Position numbers and translations under genes: made by a program. 64,000 nucleotides of DNA, taken from positions 1,984,001-2,048,000 of the forward strand of contig OZ250172.1 of NCBI GenBank assembly GCA_965237905.1, in the 5' to 3' direction. This DNA comes from Nitrospinaceae bacterium (lineage in GTDB: Bacteria > Nitrospinota > Nitrospinia > Nitrospinales > Nitrospinaceae). Each line of letters opens with the position of its first letter. Position 1 is the first letter of the stretch. The notes under the pieces were generated by a model, which saw nothing but the letters and a program-made list of their open reading frames with translations, had not been told where the DNA came from and did not search any database. Shown one piece after another: positions 19,731 to 31,735 of this stretch.

Positions 19731-19768
19731 TAAAAAGACCCATCCCCGGTCAGGCCGGGAATGGGTCT
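19731..19768 (-). terminator. Intrinsic terminator after the VWA gene
   Basis: AAGACCCATCCCCGGT-CAG-GCCGGGAATGGGTCTT hairpin with an A-run on the + strand (U-tract on the - strand). Confidence 0.7.
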
Positions 19769-19814
19769 TGTGGTTTTGATCTAACCCCTGTTGCCAGATG
19801 GCTAGAGGATCGGA

Positions 19815-21794
19815 TCAGTTCAACTGGGTGATCTGGGGTTCGTCCGACAGGGTGAAGGCTTTGCGCACCAGGTCGACAAACTCCCGCCGATAGGGATCGG
19901 TCCTCTGTTGGGGATCATCCACAATTTTAAGAACTTTGCCGAAGCTGGTGTGGCCCTTGTGCTCGGACTCGCGGAGCATCATGCCGAACGAGGCCACCGC
20001 CGCCGCGAATTTGAAATCGCCGGAGGCCCTGGCAAATTTTTGATGCTTCATGGTAACCGGAAAGGCGATGAGCCGACTCCTGCTCCCTTCCGGCTCCTTG
20101 TAGCGGAGCTTCACCGTTAACAGCTCGTCGGAAAACGCCTCCTCCGACAAAGAAGTTTTGTGAGTGTATTTCAAGGCATCGACATCGCCGCCTTTCTTCG
20201 TCAGGCCCGCCGGGACAATCTCGTACAGAGCGGTCACCGTGTGTCCGGCGCCGATTTCACCCGCATCCTTTTTGTCATCGTTGAAATCCTCTTTGTTCAG
20301 CATACGGTTTTCATAACCGATGAGCCGGTAGGAGGCCACCTTGAGCGGATTGAACTCGATCTGGATTTTCACATCCTTGGCGATCGTCATCATTGTGCCG
20401 CCGATTTGCTCGACCAGCACCTTTTTGGCCTCGCGCAGGGTATCGATGTAGGCATAGTTGCCGTTGCCCTTGTCCGCCAGTTTCTCCAGAGTCGAGTCCT
20501 TGTAATTGCCCATCCCATAACCGAGGACGGTGAGGAACACGTTGCTCTTGGCGTTGGTTTGGATGAGGTCGACCAGCTCGCCCTGATTGGTGGTGCCGAC
20601 GTTGAAGTCGCCATCCGTCGCCAGAATCACCCGGTTAACCCCTCCCTTAATGAAATGCTTCTTCGCCACCTGGTAAGCCAGCCGGATACCCGCACCGCCG
20701 TTGGTCGAGCCGCCTGCTTCCAACCCTTCTATGGCTTCGAGGATGTCAGATTTGCGGTCGCCTGTGGTCGAGGGAAGTGCCAATCCGGAGGCGCCTGCGT
20801 AGACCACCATTGCCACCCGGTCGTTTTCTCCCAGGTTTTCCGCCAGCAGTTTTAATGACTTTTTCACCAGAGTCAGTTTGTTGGCCATTCGCATGGAGCC
20901 GGACACGTCGATCAGAAACACCAGGTTCGAGTCCGGTCGCTGGCTCCAGTCGATGTCCTTACCCTTGATGCCGATACGCACCAGCTGATGATCGGGTTCC
21001 CAGAACGCCTGCGCCGTTTCGACATTGACCGCAAACGGATGCTCGTTTTCATTGGAGAACTCATAATGGTAAGGAAAGTAATTGACCAGCTCTTCGATGC
21101 GCACACTGTCCTTCGGCGGCAGTTGACCGTTATTGATGAAGCGTCTCATGTTGGCGTAGGAAGCGGAATCGACGTCCACCGAGAAGGTCGATAAGGGATG
21201 ATTCAGAACGTTGCGGAAAGTGTTTTCGGTGATGTGATCGTAGGCTTCGGTATTGAACTCGGGCTGGGGACGCGGCGAATGCGCTTTCCAGTACACCATA
21301 CCCCGCTGGAGACGCTTGGCCAGATGGGTCTTTGATTTTTGACGCACGGGCGCACCCATAACAGCACCGATTCCCCGTTCCGTTCCTTGGGGCTGTCCCA
21401 ATCCCGGTTCGATATAAGTGCCGGGAAGGACTTTATCCATATGATAATCGGATTGATAGGTTTTCCCGCTACCCGCATCAATTTTCCAATCGTGTCTGTC
21501 AAAGCGCCTCAAGGGTGGCTTACGCTTCGGAACGCTTTCTTTCGACAATCCCCAGTTTTCCGTTACCGCTTCCGCCCTCGGTTCCGCTTTGCTCGTCACT
21601 TCCATTTCCAACAGCGATAGCTCGTTTAAATCTCGCTCCAGCAGCAGTTGATCGGTTGAAGTATCCTGGGATGATTGTGTAGCAGGCAGGTTTTGTTTTT
21701 GGTCTTGAGGGGCTTGGCTGACTTCCGGTGGCGCGGCATTCTTGGAACATGATGCTACGGCCAACAGAGCCAGTAGTACGAAAAGTTTGCGCAT
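19815..21794 (-). CDS. VWA domain lipoprotein (YfbK-like; vWF_A + VWA + DUF3520)
   Basis: Lipobox VASC, PLSTFSVDVD.ASY, MIDAS DVSGS, TDGDFNVG, YRLIGYENR; RBS GGAGG before ATG 21794. Confidence 0.9.
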   Translation of the reverse strand: MRKLFVLLALLAVASCSKNAAPPEVSQAPQDQKQNLPATQSSQDTSTDQLLLERDLNELSLLEMEVTSKAEPRAEAVTENWGLSKESVPKRKPPLRRFDRHDWKIDAGSGKTYQSDYHMDKVLPGTYIEPGLGQPQGTERGIGAVMGAPVRQKSKTHLAKRLQRGMVYWKAHSPRPQPEFNTEAYDHITENTFRNVLNHPLSTFSVDVDSASYANMRRFINNGQLPPKDSVRIEELVNYFPYHYEFSNENEHPFAVNVETAQAFWEPDHQLVRIGIKGKDIDWSQRPDSNLVFLIDVSGSMRMANKLTLVKKSLKLLAENLGENDRVAMVVYAGASGLALPSTTGDRKSDILEAIEGLEAGGSTNGGAGIRLAYQVAKKHFIKGGVNRVILATDGDFNVGTTNQGELVDLIQTNAKSNVFLTVLGYGMGNYKDSTLEKLADKGNGNYAYIDTLREAKKVLVEQIGGTMMTIAKDVKIQIEFNPLKVASYRLIGYENRMLNKEDFNDDKKDAGEIGAGHTVTALYEIVPAGLTKKGGDVDALKYTHKTSLSEEAFSDELLTVKLRYKEPEGSRSRLIAFPVTMKHQKFARASGDFKFAAAVASFGMMLRESEHKGHTSFGKVLKIVDDPQQRTDPYRREFVDLVRKAFTLSDEPQITQLN

Positions 21795-22047
21795 GGCTTC
21801 CTCCAAAGTGAAGTGGGTGGTTTCTCTATGCGTCCCCCAGACTACCCATAACAATGCTCCAAATGCACCTACAAAATGAAGCCGCTCCGGGCTTCCGTAA
21901 AAAGCGGTAACTGCTTTAATTTGAAGACCGTGCAGGAAAAAGAAAGCTCAAAATGAACGGGGGCAGAATTATTTACTGAGGAAAAACGGGTTTTAAGAAC
22001 GTGGTGAAGAGGAAAAAATGGAGTCGACGGGAGGGTCCCCTATGCGG

Positions 22048-22563
22048 TTACCGCTTCGGGGTTTCATCAACAGATTTCTTGGGATGAGCTGTAGGGCTAA
22101 TGAACAACTCATCGGAGGTGTCTTTATGAAAGATTTTGGCAAGAACACTTCCCAGCCACCCCGTCAGTATCAAAAAGCCGCCCCAAACGGTCATATGAAA
22201 ATTCAACTCTCCTCTGGTATTGTGTGCCAAATAGGGGCTGTTGTCGGCAAGAATAAACGCCCACACGATGAGGATGGTAAGAAAGGCTGACAGGACCGCG
22301 AACCTTTTCCCCAGGGAATAGCCTGTGATCAATATCACAATATAGAAAAAATTGAGGGAAGACAGTTTGGGTTCACCGAAGAAGTTGACAGCAGTCAAGC
22401 CGGATAAAATAATTAGAATGACAATATCGTTAAGGTTGTGTCGAAAATAACTTTGTATTCGGTAAACGCCACCCCCTATATCTTCTCCCGAAAAATCGGA
22501 ATCCCTATTATTTCTCGTTGTCTTGGAATCTCTAGTGCTTTTTGTTGCCGGTGGCAAGGCCAT
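22048..22563 (-). CDS. Hypothetical membrane protein (~4 TM)
   Basis: Hydrophobic segments; AGGAG RBS upstream. Confidence 0.65.
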   Translation of the reverse strand: MALPPATKSTRDSKTTRNNRDSDFSGEDIGGGVYRIQSYFRHNLNDIVILIILSGLTAVNFFGEPKLSSLNFFYIVILITGYSLGKRFAVLSAFLTILIVWAFILADNSPYLAHNTRGELNFHMTVWGGFLILTGWLGSVLAKIFHKDTSDELFISPTAHPKKSVDETPKR

Positions 22564-22954
22564 ATTGGCTGCTCCTATAATTTACATACCTTATAATTGT
22601 AAAAGTATTGATCCATTTGTCAAGGGCTACGTGCATCATCTTACTCTTGAAAATTAAAGGATTTACGGCCATCTCAAATCCAATGAATGAGCGGATTTTT
22701 ACAACTGATTGATTCTTAGACGGCTATTATCCTGCTGGCGAAGGAGGGAAGTGTGGACTTGGATCCAGCGAAAAAAAGATTTTACTTTCGGAAATCCAAA
22801 TTCTGGAGTGGTTCTAACATTTCCTGATAAAAGGCCGCGAAATCCCTTTTGACGGGACAGGAAGGGAGGCATGTTTGGCTGAAACCGCTGGCTGGAATGC
22901 CAGCCCATGAATGCGACGATGGGTAACACTCTGGACCGGTATTTTTTGGAAAGG

Positions 22955-23233
22955 TCATTTTTCACGAAAAAACCCCGCCACGATCACTACAGCCAACGTA
23001 ATCCCGGAAGCCAGATAAACAAATAACCATATGGTCGGTCTACCCACCGTATCTACGAAGCTTTCACTGCCGTACAGGAACCCCCAATTGAAAACATAAA
23101 CAAAGTTGATCATTAATCCCAATTTGTCTTTTCTGAAAAAGAAGCAAAACGTGCTCAAAAACATACAAGCAATCACTTGTCCGAACGGAATGGAAAATTC
23201 CATAGCACCCATAACCTGGGACCTCCTGTTCAA
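22955..23233 (-). CDS. Small hypothetical membrane protein
   Basis: Three hydrophobic segments; start may be the ATG after GGAGG. Confidence 0.55.
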   Translation of the reverse strand: MNRRSQVMGAMEFSIPFGQVIACMFLSTFCFFFRKDKLGLMINFVYVFNWGFLYGSESFVDTVGRPTIWLFVYLASGITLAVVIVAGFFREK

Positions 23234-23350
23234 AGAGTATGCGTTGATTCAGGTTGGTAAGGTGTTTTATTCGCTTTCAACACCTGGATTTTTAAATCAC
23301 CACGATGCGGAATATCTTTTAAGCGGAAATTTTATGACTGACAGAAAGAA

Positions 23351-23426
23351 TGGAGCCGGCGAGAGGAATTGAACCCCCGACCCACTGATTACAAATCAGT
23401 TGCTCTACCAACTGAGCTACGCCGGC
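23351..23426 (-). tRNA. tRNA-Thr (UGU)
   Basis: Reverse complement GCCGGCGTAGCTCAGTTGGTAGAGCAACTGATTTGTAATCAGTGGGTCGGGGGTTCAATTCCTCTCGCCGGCTCCA; cloverleaf, anticodon TGT, encoded CCA. Confidence 0.97.
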
Positions 23427-23644
23427 CTATTTTCAGAAAAAGAAGGTGGCTCGCCATCGACCTGCAAGCGAACCGATTCCCATTATAAATGAAATTCCCT
23501 GGAAAAAAACCGGAGGTTTTCCGTCGGAAGAGACTGGTAATGAAATATCCATTTTTGGAATTTATCGATTATCATGGATAGGTATAATCATAGGCCTACA
23601 AGTATCTGAATAATAGCTCCCTATTTGAATTTTTGAAAAATTGC

Positions 23645-26143
23645 ATGGGTTCCTTTCTGATTCGTCTATACAACCAATGGGTTCTTGAAAAGCCCCGCAT
23701 CTGGCTGGGGATAATTGCCCTTGCCTTGCTGGGGTTCGGGTTCACCGTTCCCAATTTCAAGCTGGATGCCTCGTCCGATTCGCTGGTGCTGGAAAACGAC
23801 GAGGACCTGAAGTATTCCCGCGCAGTCAACAAGGCGTATGGCAGTGACGATTTCCTCGTCATCACCTGGACGCCGAAGACGGCTCTGTTGTCCGATGAAT
23901 CCCTGAATGGCTTGCAAAGCTTGAAAGACGATCTGCTGAAAGTGGACCGCGTCGAAAAAGTGATTAGCATTCTTGACGTACCGCTGTTCAACAGTCCGCG
24001 CATCACGCTTTCCGAATTGAGCGAAAACGTCCGCACCCTCAAAACGGAAGGCCTCGATAAGAAACTGGCCGCCCGCGAATTCGCCGAAAGCCCGATCTAC
24101 AGCAAGCTCCTCGTCAGCGCCGACGGCAAAACCACCGCTCTCCTCGCCGTGTACAAACGCGATGCCAAATATTTCAACCTGCTTGAAACGCGTAACGACC
24201 TACGCGAGAAAAAATGGGATTCGAAATTAACGGAGAAGGAAGCCGTCACTTTGAAGAAAGTTTCCTTCGAGTTCAAGCAATACCTGGCGGAAGTACTGGA
24301 TCGGCAAGCCCGGGAGGTTCAGCAGGTGCGCGATATTCTCGATAAATACCGCGACCGCGCCGACATCTTCCTGGGTGGCGTGCCGATGATCACCAGCGAC
24401 ATGATCGCCTATATCGAAAGCGATCTTTCGATTTTCGGCATCGCAGTGACGGCTCTAATGATTCTCGTCATGTGGCTGTTCTTCCGGAGCAAGCGATGGG
24501 TCCTGCTCCCCATGCTGACTTGCGCCATCTCGGTGTGGATGATGGTCGGCGCGCTCGGCTGGCTGGACTGGCGGGTGACCGTCATTTCCTCCAATTTCGT
24601 TTCCATATTAATCATCATCACCATTTCGCTGACCATTCATCTGATCGTCCGCTACGGCGAGTTGTACGCGGAGAATCCCGACGCCAAACAGACCGACCTG
24701 GTGAGCGACACCGTGCGCCTCATGTTCCAGCCCTGTTTCTTTACGGCAATCACCACCATCGTGGCGTTCTGCTCGCTGGTGGTCAGCGATATCCGCCCGG
24801 TGATCGATTTCGGATGGATCATGACCCTCGGCATTTCCCTGGCGTTTGTGGTTTCCTTTATTTTTTTCCCTTCGTTTTTGAAAATGATGTCGCCGAAACC
24901 CTCGGTCTCCGCCCACGATATCACCAAGCGGATGACCAACGGTATTGCTCTCGTTGCACTCCAGCACAAAAATAAAATCCTCGGCCTGTTCGCAATCCTG
25001 GCGGTGGTCAGCGGCATTGGGTTGAACAAGATGGGCGTCGACAACCGCTTCATAGATTATTTTAAGGACACCACCGAAATCTACCGCGGCATGAGCGTCA
25101 TCGACAAACAATTGGGTGGCACCACGCCGTTGGAGATTCTCATCGACGCCGACCAGAATTTTTATGATTACCTGAAGATGCTGGAAACAGAAATGGATGA
25201 GTTCGAGATCGACGACCCGTTCGCCGAGCATGAGGACACGCAGGATGAAAATTACTGGTTCCATCCCAACAAACTGTTGGAGGTGGAAAAAATTCACGAT
25301 TATCTGGAAAGCCTGCCGGAAATCGGCAAGGTCCTGTCCATGGGAACGACACTCAAGATCGTCCGCTTCCTGAACGGAGACGAGGTGCCGGAGGATTACG
25401 ACCTCGCCGTTTACCGCAAGGTGCTCCCGGAAAACGCGAGGAAGAGTTTTCTCGATCCGTATTTGTCCAAGGATGCCAACCAGGTGCGCATCACCCTGCG
25501 CATTGAGGAGACCGACCCGCGTCTCAACCGCGGTGAGTTGATGGAAAATATCAAACGACACCTGGTCGATAACATGGGCATCGCCGAAGACCGTATCCGC
25601 ATCACCGGTATGGCCGTGATGTTCAATAACATGTTGCTCAGTTTGTACACCTCACAGATACAAACCCTGAGCCTGGTCTTCGTGGCCATTCTCATCATGT
25701 TCATTTTTCTGTTCCGGCGGGTGTTGCTGGCGGTGCTGGCGATTATTCCCAACGTGTTCTCGGCGATGTTTATTCTGGGGTTCATGGGATGGATGGACAT
25801 CCCGCTGGATATGATGACCATCACCATCGCCGCAATTACCATCGGTATCGGCGTCGACGACACCATCCATTACATCCACCGCTACCAGCGTGAGTTCGGC
25901 CTGGACGCCAGCTACCGGGAGAGCCTGATACGCTGTCACGGCAGTATCGGCCGCGCCATTTACTACACGTCGATTACTGTGACTGTTGGATTTTCCATCT
26001 TGACCCTATCGAATTTCATTCCGACCATTTATTTCGGTTTGTTGACGGGTTTGGCAATGATCCTCGCCCTGCTGGGGAATTTGTTTCTACTCCCGCTCCT
26101 GATCGTTCAATTCCGCCCCCTCGGCCCTGAACACAAAAAATAA
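23645..26143 (+). CDS. MMPL/RND superfamily exporter
   Basis: Two repeats of periplasmic loop + TM bundle; GIGVDDTIH motif; LGGTTPLEI. Confidence 0.88.
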   Translation: MGSFLIRLYNQWVLEKPRIWLGIIALALLGFGFTVPNFKLDASSDSLVLENDEDLKYSRAVNKAYGSDDFLVITWTPKTALLSDESLNGLQSLKDDLLKVDRVEKVISILDVPLFNSPRITLSELSENVRTLKTEGLDKKLAAREFAESPIYSKLLVSADGKTTALLAVYKRDAKYFNLLETRNDLREKKWDSKLTEKEAVTLKKVSFEFKQYLAEVLDRQAREVQQVRDILDKYRDRADIFLGGVPMITSDMIAYIESDLSIFGIAVTALMILVMWLFFRSKRWVLLPMLTCAISVWMMVGALGWLDWRVTVISSNFVSILIIITISLTIHLIVRYGELYAENPDAKQTDLVSDTVRLMFQPCFFTAITTIVAFCSLVVSDIRPVIDFGWIMTLGISLAFVVSFIFFPSFLKMMSPKPSVSAHDITKRMTNGIALVALQHKNKILGLFAILAVVSGIGLNKMGVDNRFIDYFKDTTEIYRGMSVIDKQLGGTTPLEILIDADQNFYDYLKMLETEMDEFEIDDPFAEHEDTQDENYWFHPNKLLEVEKIHDYLESLPEIGKVLSMGTTLKIVRFLNGDEVPEDYDLAVYRKVLPENARKSFLDPYLSKDANQVRITLRIEETDPRLNRGELMENIKRHLVDNMGIAEDRIRITGMAVMFNNMLLSLYTSQIQTLSLVFVAILIMFIFLFRRVLLAVLAIIPNVFSAMFILGFMGWMDIPLDMMTITIAAITIGIGVDDTIHYIHRYQREFGLDASYRESLIRCHGSIGRAIYYTSITVTVGFSILTLSNFIPTIYFGLLTGLAMILALLGNLFLLPLLIVQFRPLGPEHKK

Positions 26144-26150
26144 CCGAATG

Positions 26151-26180
26151 TGTCACCCTGAGCGTGTCGAAGTGCGGTGA
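26151..26180 (+). repeat. REP-like palindromic element (GTCAyCCTGAGC..GTCGAAG class), copy 1
   Basis: TGTCACCCTGAGCGTGTCGAAG resembles the copy at 57995. Confidence 0.55.
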
Positions 26181-26872
26181 TTAACCCAAGTGGTAATTTT
26201 TCAATTGTGGGTGTTCTTTTACCAATTGGTTCAGGTGGTTCCAAAACTCCAGGCCGTTGTCGGCGGTGATCAGTTTATCCAGATTCGCCTGCAGGACTTT
26301 CTTAAATGCTTCCTTATGTGCCGGCGGTATTGAAAGCTGGCTTTCAGGCCCTCCAGATACTCTCCCTCTCCGGTAACCATATCCCGTTGAATGTCGGGGA
26401 AGTTGTGCGCGGCAAACCGCATGGACGTCACCCGTTGACGGAACATTTTGAGATCGCCGGTTTTTTCCGGAACCATTTCGATGTGATAATTGGTCGGGGA
26501 GTACTTGATCATGTTTCCGGATAACGCATCCACGGCCATCGGGGTCAAAAAAGTAAAGGTTCCGGTGATGTCCAGAATCATAGCGGTATTGTCGTTAAAT
26601 GTTTTCGCCAGCATCATTTCCTGGGTTTGATAGCCCTCTTTGGTGAATTTGAGTGTTCTGTTTTGAAGCCTTCTGTCGATTGCGAGGGTCAGAGGGGTTT
26701 CTCCGATCTTGCTTCCATCCAAAAAGACTTTCGTTTTATCGACATTGGAATTGAACGTGATCACGTCCTGCCCGTCGGAAAAAATCGTCGCACAACCGCC
26801 CAAGGCCAAGAGAGCCGTTAAACCAAATAACCTAAATATTAGATGAGTGTTCTTGAAATTGCGTTTAAGCAT
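26181..26872 (-). pseudogene. PEGA-domain lipoprotein with DUF3015-like C-terminus; apparent 1-nt frameshift at ~26330
   Basis: Lipobox LGGC-ATIF, PEGA (IGETP, KEGY); after GEGEYLEGLKASFQ an alternative frame gives IPPAHKEAFKKVLQANLDKLI...NYHLG* ending at 26181. Confidence 0.7.
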
Positions 26873-26936
26873 GAACTTTCTCCTCTCCTAATGATTTTAA
26901 AATCACCCCTATTTTATCTTACTTCCTTCATTTTTC

Positions 26937-27095
26937 CTTCGTGTCCTCCGCGGTGAATTTTTCCTGAAAAATCCTGTTATCCTGTCTAAAATTTCATCTT
27001 ATTATTTTTGTCCTAATCGGTGTCCATCTGTGTCCATCTGTGTTCATCTGTGTTCATCTGTGGTCAATTGGTTTTCTCTGTGTCCTCTGTGGTGA
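26937..27095. repeat. Cluster of short intergenic repeats including a (TGTYCATCTG)x4 tandem array
   Basis: 27021-27060 four 10-mers; CTTCGTGTCCTCCGCGGTGA (26937), AATCCTGTTATCCTGTC (~26970), CTCTGTGTCCTCTGTGGTGA (27076). Confidence 0.8.
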
Positions 27096-28325
27096 TCAGG
27101 TTGCCGGGTCTTTGGGGGCTTTGAATTTTTTGCCGGCAGTGTAGGTGGCATCGACAAAATTTTCGCCGAAGTAATAGAATAGATCGCGGTAGTCGTTCGT
27201 TTTGAGCAGGTTGAAGTCGGCGCGTTGTTTGGGAAGCAGTCCTCCGTAATCCTTTTCCGCGCCCAGTGCTTTCGCGGAACCATAAGTTCCCGCCGCCAGC
27301 GCCTGCTCGGGAGTGAGGCGGTACATCGATGCCGCCAGGGTCAACACGGTTTGCATATTATAGGTCGGCGAGCTTCCAGGATTGCAGTCCGTTGCCAGCG
27401 CCAAGGTCACTCCGGCGTCGAGCATGGAATGGACGAGCGGGTGTTTGTCCCCGCCGAGGAACAGCGTGACGCCCGGCATGAGTACCGCCGTGGTGCCCGC
27501 CGCGCGCATGGCCTGGATATCATTCGGGGTGGCGTATTCGAGATGGTCGCACGACAACGCCCCCAGCTTGGCCGCTTCGGTGCACCCGCCCTGGTGCGAA
27601 AACTCCTCGACGTGCGCGCGCAGGTCGAATCCCAGCAGTTTCGCCTGTAGAAACAGACGCCGCAAGTCCGCGACGGTGAACACGTCTTTTTCGCAGAAGA
27701 TGTCAACGCCGTCCGCCAGGCTCCTGAACCGCGGCAGGTTTTCAATAATTTCCTCCAGATATTCCTCCCGGTCCTCGCCTGTCGGCACGGTGTGCGCGCC
27801 GAGGTAGGTGAGGGTGACCGGTACTTTGAGCGTGGTGCGCAGTTTCCTGCCGACCGTCAGCATTTTCATCTCGGATTTAAAGGTCAGTCCGTAGCCGGAT
27901 TTGATTTCGAACGCCGTGGTGCCGAGGGCCATCATACGCTTCATGCGTTTTTTAGCGGCGTCGAACAATTCTTTTTCCGTCGCGCGGCTCGTGGCCTGCA
28001 CGGTGTTCAGAATACCGCCGCCGTTGCCCAGGATTTCCATGTAGGGGACGCCGCGCATGCGGTCGACCATTTCATCCTTGCGTTCGCCGGCGTAGATGAG
28101 GTGCGTGTGACAATCGACGAAGCCCGGCACCACCGCCCGGCCCTGGCAATCCACCACCTTGGCATAGCTTTTCGAGGATTTGATTTCCGGGTTTTTCAGG
28201 ATTTTGAGGATGCGTCCGTCTTCGACCAGCAGAGCGCAGTTTTTGCGGAGGCGGATGCCCGGTTGGGTGGAGGCGTCAGCCTGCACCAGTTGGCCGATGT
28301 TGCGGAAACAGAGAGTACCGCTCAT
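27096..28325 (-). CDS. hutI: Imidazolonepropionase
   Basis: PGFVDCHTH, GGGILNTV, EIKSGYGL, DIFCE, ATDCNPGSSP motifs. Confidence 0.96.
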   Translation of the reverse strand: MSGTLCFRNIGQLVQADASTQPGIRLRKNCALLVEDGRILKILKNPEIKSSKSYAKVVDCQGRAVVPGFVDCHTHLIYAGERKDEMVDRMRGVPYMEILGNGGGILNTVQATSRATEKELFDAAKKRMKRMMALGTTAFEIKSGYGLTFKSEMKMLTVGRKLRTTLKVPVTLTYLGAHTVPTGEDREEYLEEIIENLPRFRSLADGVDIFCEKDVFTVADLRRLFLQAKLLGFDLRAHVEEFSHQGGCTEAAKLGALSCDHLEYATPNDIQAMRAAGTTAVLMPGVTLFLGGDKHPLVHSMLDAGVTLALATDCNPGSSPTYNMQTVLTLAASMYRLTPEQALAAGTYGSAKALGAEKDYGGLLPKQRADFNLLKTNDYRDLFYYFGENFVDATYTAGKKFKAPKDPAT

Positions 28326-28430
28326 GAGGTTACCTTTTCAGCTAGGTTTTTCAAGTAGTTGCTAGATTTATCGAGCGGTTTTGAAATTCGCCTCATAAAT
28401 GGAGCAACTACACAGGCTGAAGGAAGAAGC

Positions 28431-28508
28431 CCCCCAGCCCCCTTCGGAGAAGGGGGAGCCAAATCAAAAGCCCGTCACCCTGTGGGTGCTCCCCATGAGG
28501 GGAGAGGG
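28431..28508. repeat. REP-like GC-rich palindromes between hutU and hutI
   Basis: CCCCCTTCGGAGAAGGGGG and CTCCCCATGAGGGGAGAGGG hairpins. Confidence 0.55.
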
Positions 28509-28540
28509 TTTAAAATTACCTGCGGCGGTTCGCCGCCCGG

Positions 28541-30261
<1,721 letters not shown>

Positions 30262-30262
<1 letters not shown>

Positions 30263-31185
30263 TAGGCCCCTTTGCGTGAGGCAACCCCCAGACAGAAATA
30301 GTAGTAGATGCCGACGGCGAGGAGGCCGGTGCGTTCCTCTTCGATCAGAGGGTTGTATTCCGAAAGGTCGAACAGGTCCACTTTGGGATGGGCGCCGGCA
30401 GTGAAGGCCATTTCAAGCGCTTCTTTAGCGCGCAGGCCCATGATGCCGGGGCAGGACACGCCGGGTGCATCGGCGGCGCGGATCGAATCGAGATCGAAGC
30501 TGACGAACAGAGAATCGCATTCCCAGGCCAGGCGGCCCAGGGCGTTGCGGAATGCTTGTGCCGCCGAGTCGCCACGGGACACTTCCGAATACCAGATGAT
30601 AGTGGCTTCTTTTTCCTGGACGTAGCGGGTGTGCTCGCGGCTGACCTGGCTGCCCTGAGCGGCGAATTCGATGAAATGCTCTCCGGCGAAACGGGAGTCT
30701 TCCAAAAGGAGGCGGAAGGGAGACCCGCTATGGGCCTGACCGTCTTTCAGGGGACGCACGTCCAGGTGCGCGTCGATATTGATCACGCCGACCGGGGTCT
30801 CCGGTTTCGAGTCGAGTAGCGCCCGGGCGTTGGGGTAGGACTGATCGTTGCCGCCACCGACGACGAAGGGGATGCCGCCTTTTTGGATGATGGAGGCTGT
30901 CTGCTGGGTAAGAGCGGTATGCGATTGGTCCAGAGGCAGGCCGGCTGGGATGTCCCCGGCATCGGCGAGGGTGATGCCGGACAGATCGATATCCATTTCC
31001 GGGTTGTCGGCGGTGCCATAGCGCCGAATCCAGGAGCGGAACTTTTCGGGTCCGAGGCGGGCTCCGGGCCGCCCCCCGTTGATCTCCACGCCGGTGTCAT
31101 AGGGGAATCCCAGGAGGACCACACTCCCCTCCTGCCCGGGGTGAATGATATCTGCCAATTTGGGGTCGTCGGTCATAATATCCAT
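30262..31185 (-). CDS. hutG: Formimidoylglutamase (arginase family)
   Basis: GRPGA..GP, GGGNDQSY, NIDAHLDVR, HSGSPF, SFDLD motifs; directly upstream of hutU. Confidence 0.9.
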
Positions 31186-31375
31186 TTATAGAACGGTTTT
31201 GGGGGAAAGTAAACCTCTGTCAGAGCAATAGGGTTCGCTCTCTTTCCCGGCCGGCAACTGCGGGAATATCCCTGAATTTCGGTCCCGTGGTGTTTTTCTT
31301 GTCATCCACACTCTCTTTTTGATATATTTCTACTCATATTATCCCCCGGCCATCTCTATAAGGAGACTTTTATTT

Positions 31376-31702
31376 ATGCCCAGTTCCATCGAAGCGTTAA
31401 AGCAGGCTGTTGAGCTTGAACAACAGGCCCTAGATTTATATATCATCGCCATGGACAATGCGGTTCACGAGGAAACGAAACAAACGTTGAAAGAATACGC
31501 CGACGACAAGCAACAGAAAATCGACACGTTGTCCTGGATGGTCATGGCGGAGTCTGGAGACCTTGAGAAAGAAGAGTCCACTCCTCAAAACGGTGGCGAG
31601 AGACTGGCGGCCGGTAAGTGTCCTTTTTCCCGCAGCGACTTGGAGGGAATGGGTTTTGATATGTCCCAGTCCACGATGGACGACGACCATTCCAAATCCT
31701 GA
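31376..31702 (+). CDS. Small ferritin/rubrerythrin-like helical protein with C-terminal GKCPF motif
   Basis: AGGAG RBS; EALKQAVELEQQALDLY resembles rubrerythrin helix 1. Confidence 0.6.
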   Translation: MPSSIEALKQAVELEQQALDLYIIAMDNAVHEETKQTLKEYADDKQQKIDTLSWMVMAESGDLEKEESTPQNGGERLAAGKCPFSRSDLEGMGFDMSQSTMDDDHSKS

Positions 31703-31735
31703 ATTATAGAACCTTTTATTTTTGAGAGACGAATT

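Noticed and set aside
22699..22965. 88-aa ORF or structured ncRNA in the intergenic region
   Set aside because: No protein motif and no recognisable RNA family; only short hairpins
22048..23350. Genomic island at the tRNA-Thr 3' end
   Set aside because: No integrase and no duplicated tRNA 3' sequence seen
27021..27060. Tandem repeats as a possible CRISPR array
   Set aside because: 10-bp units with no spacers and no cas genes in the window
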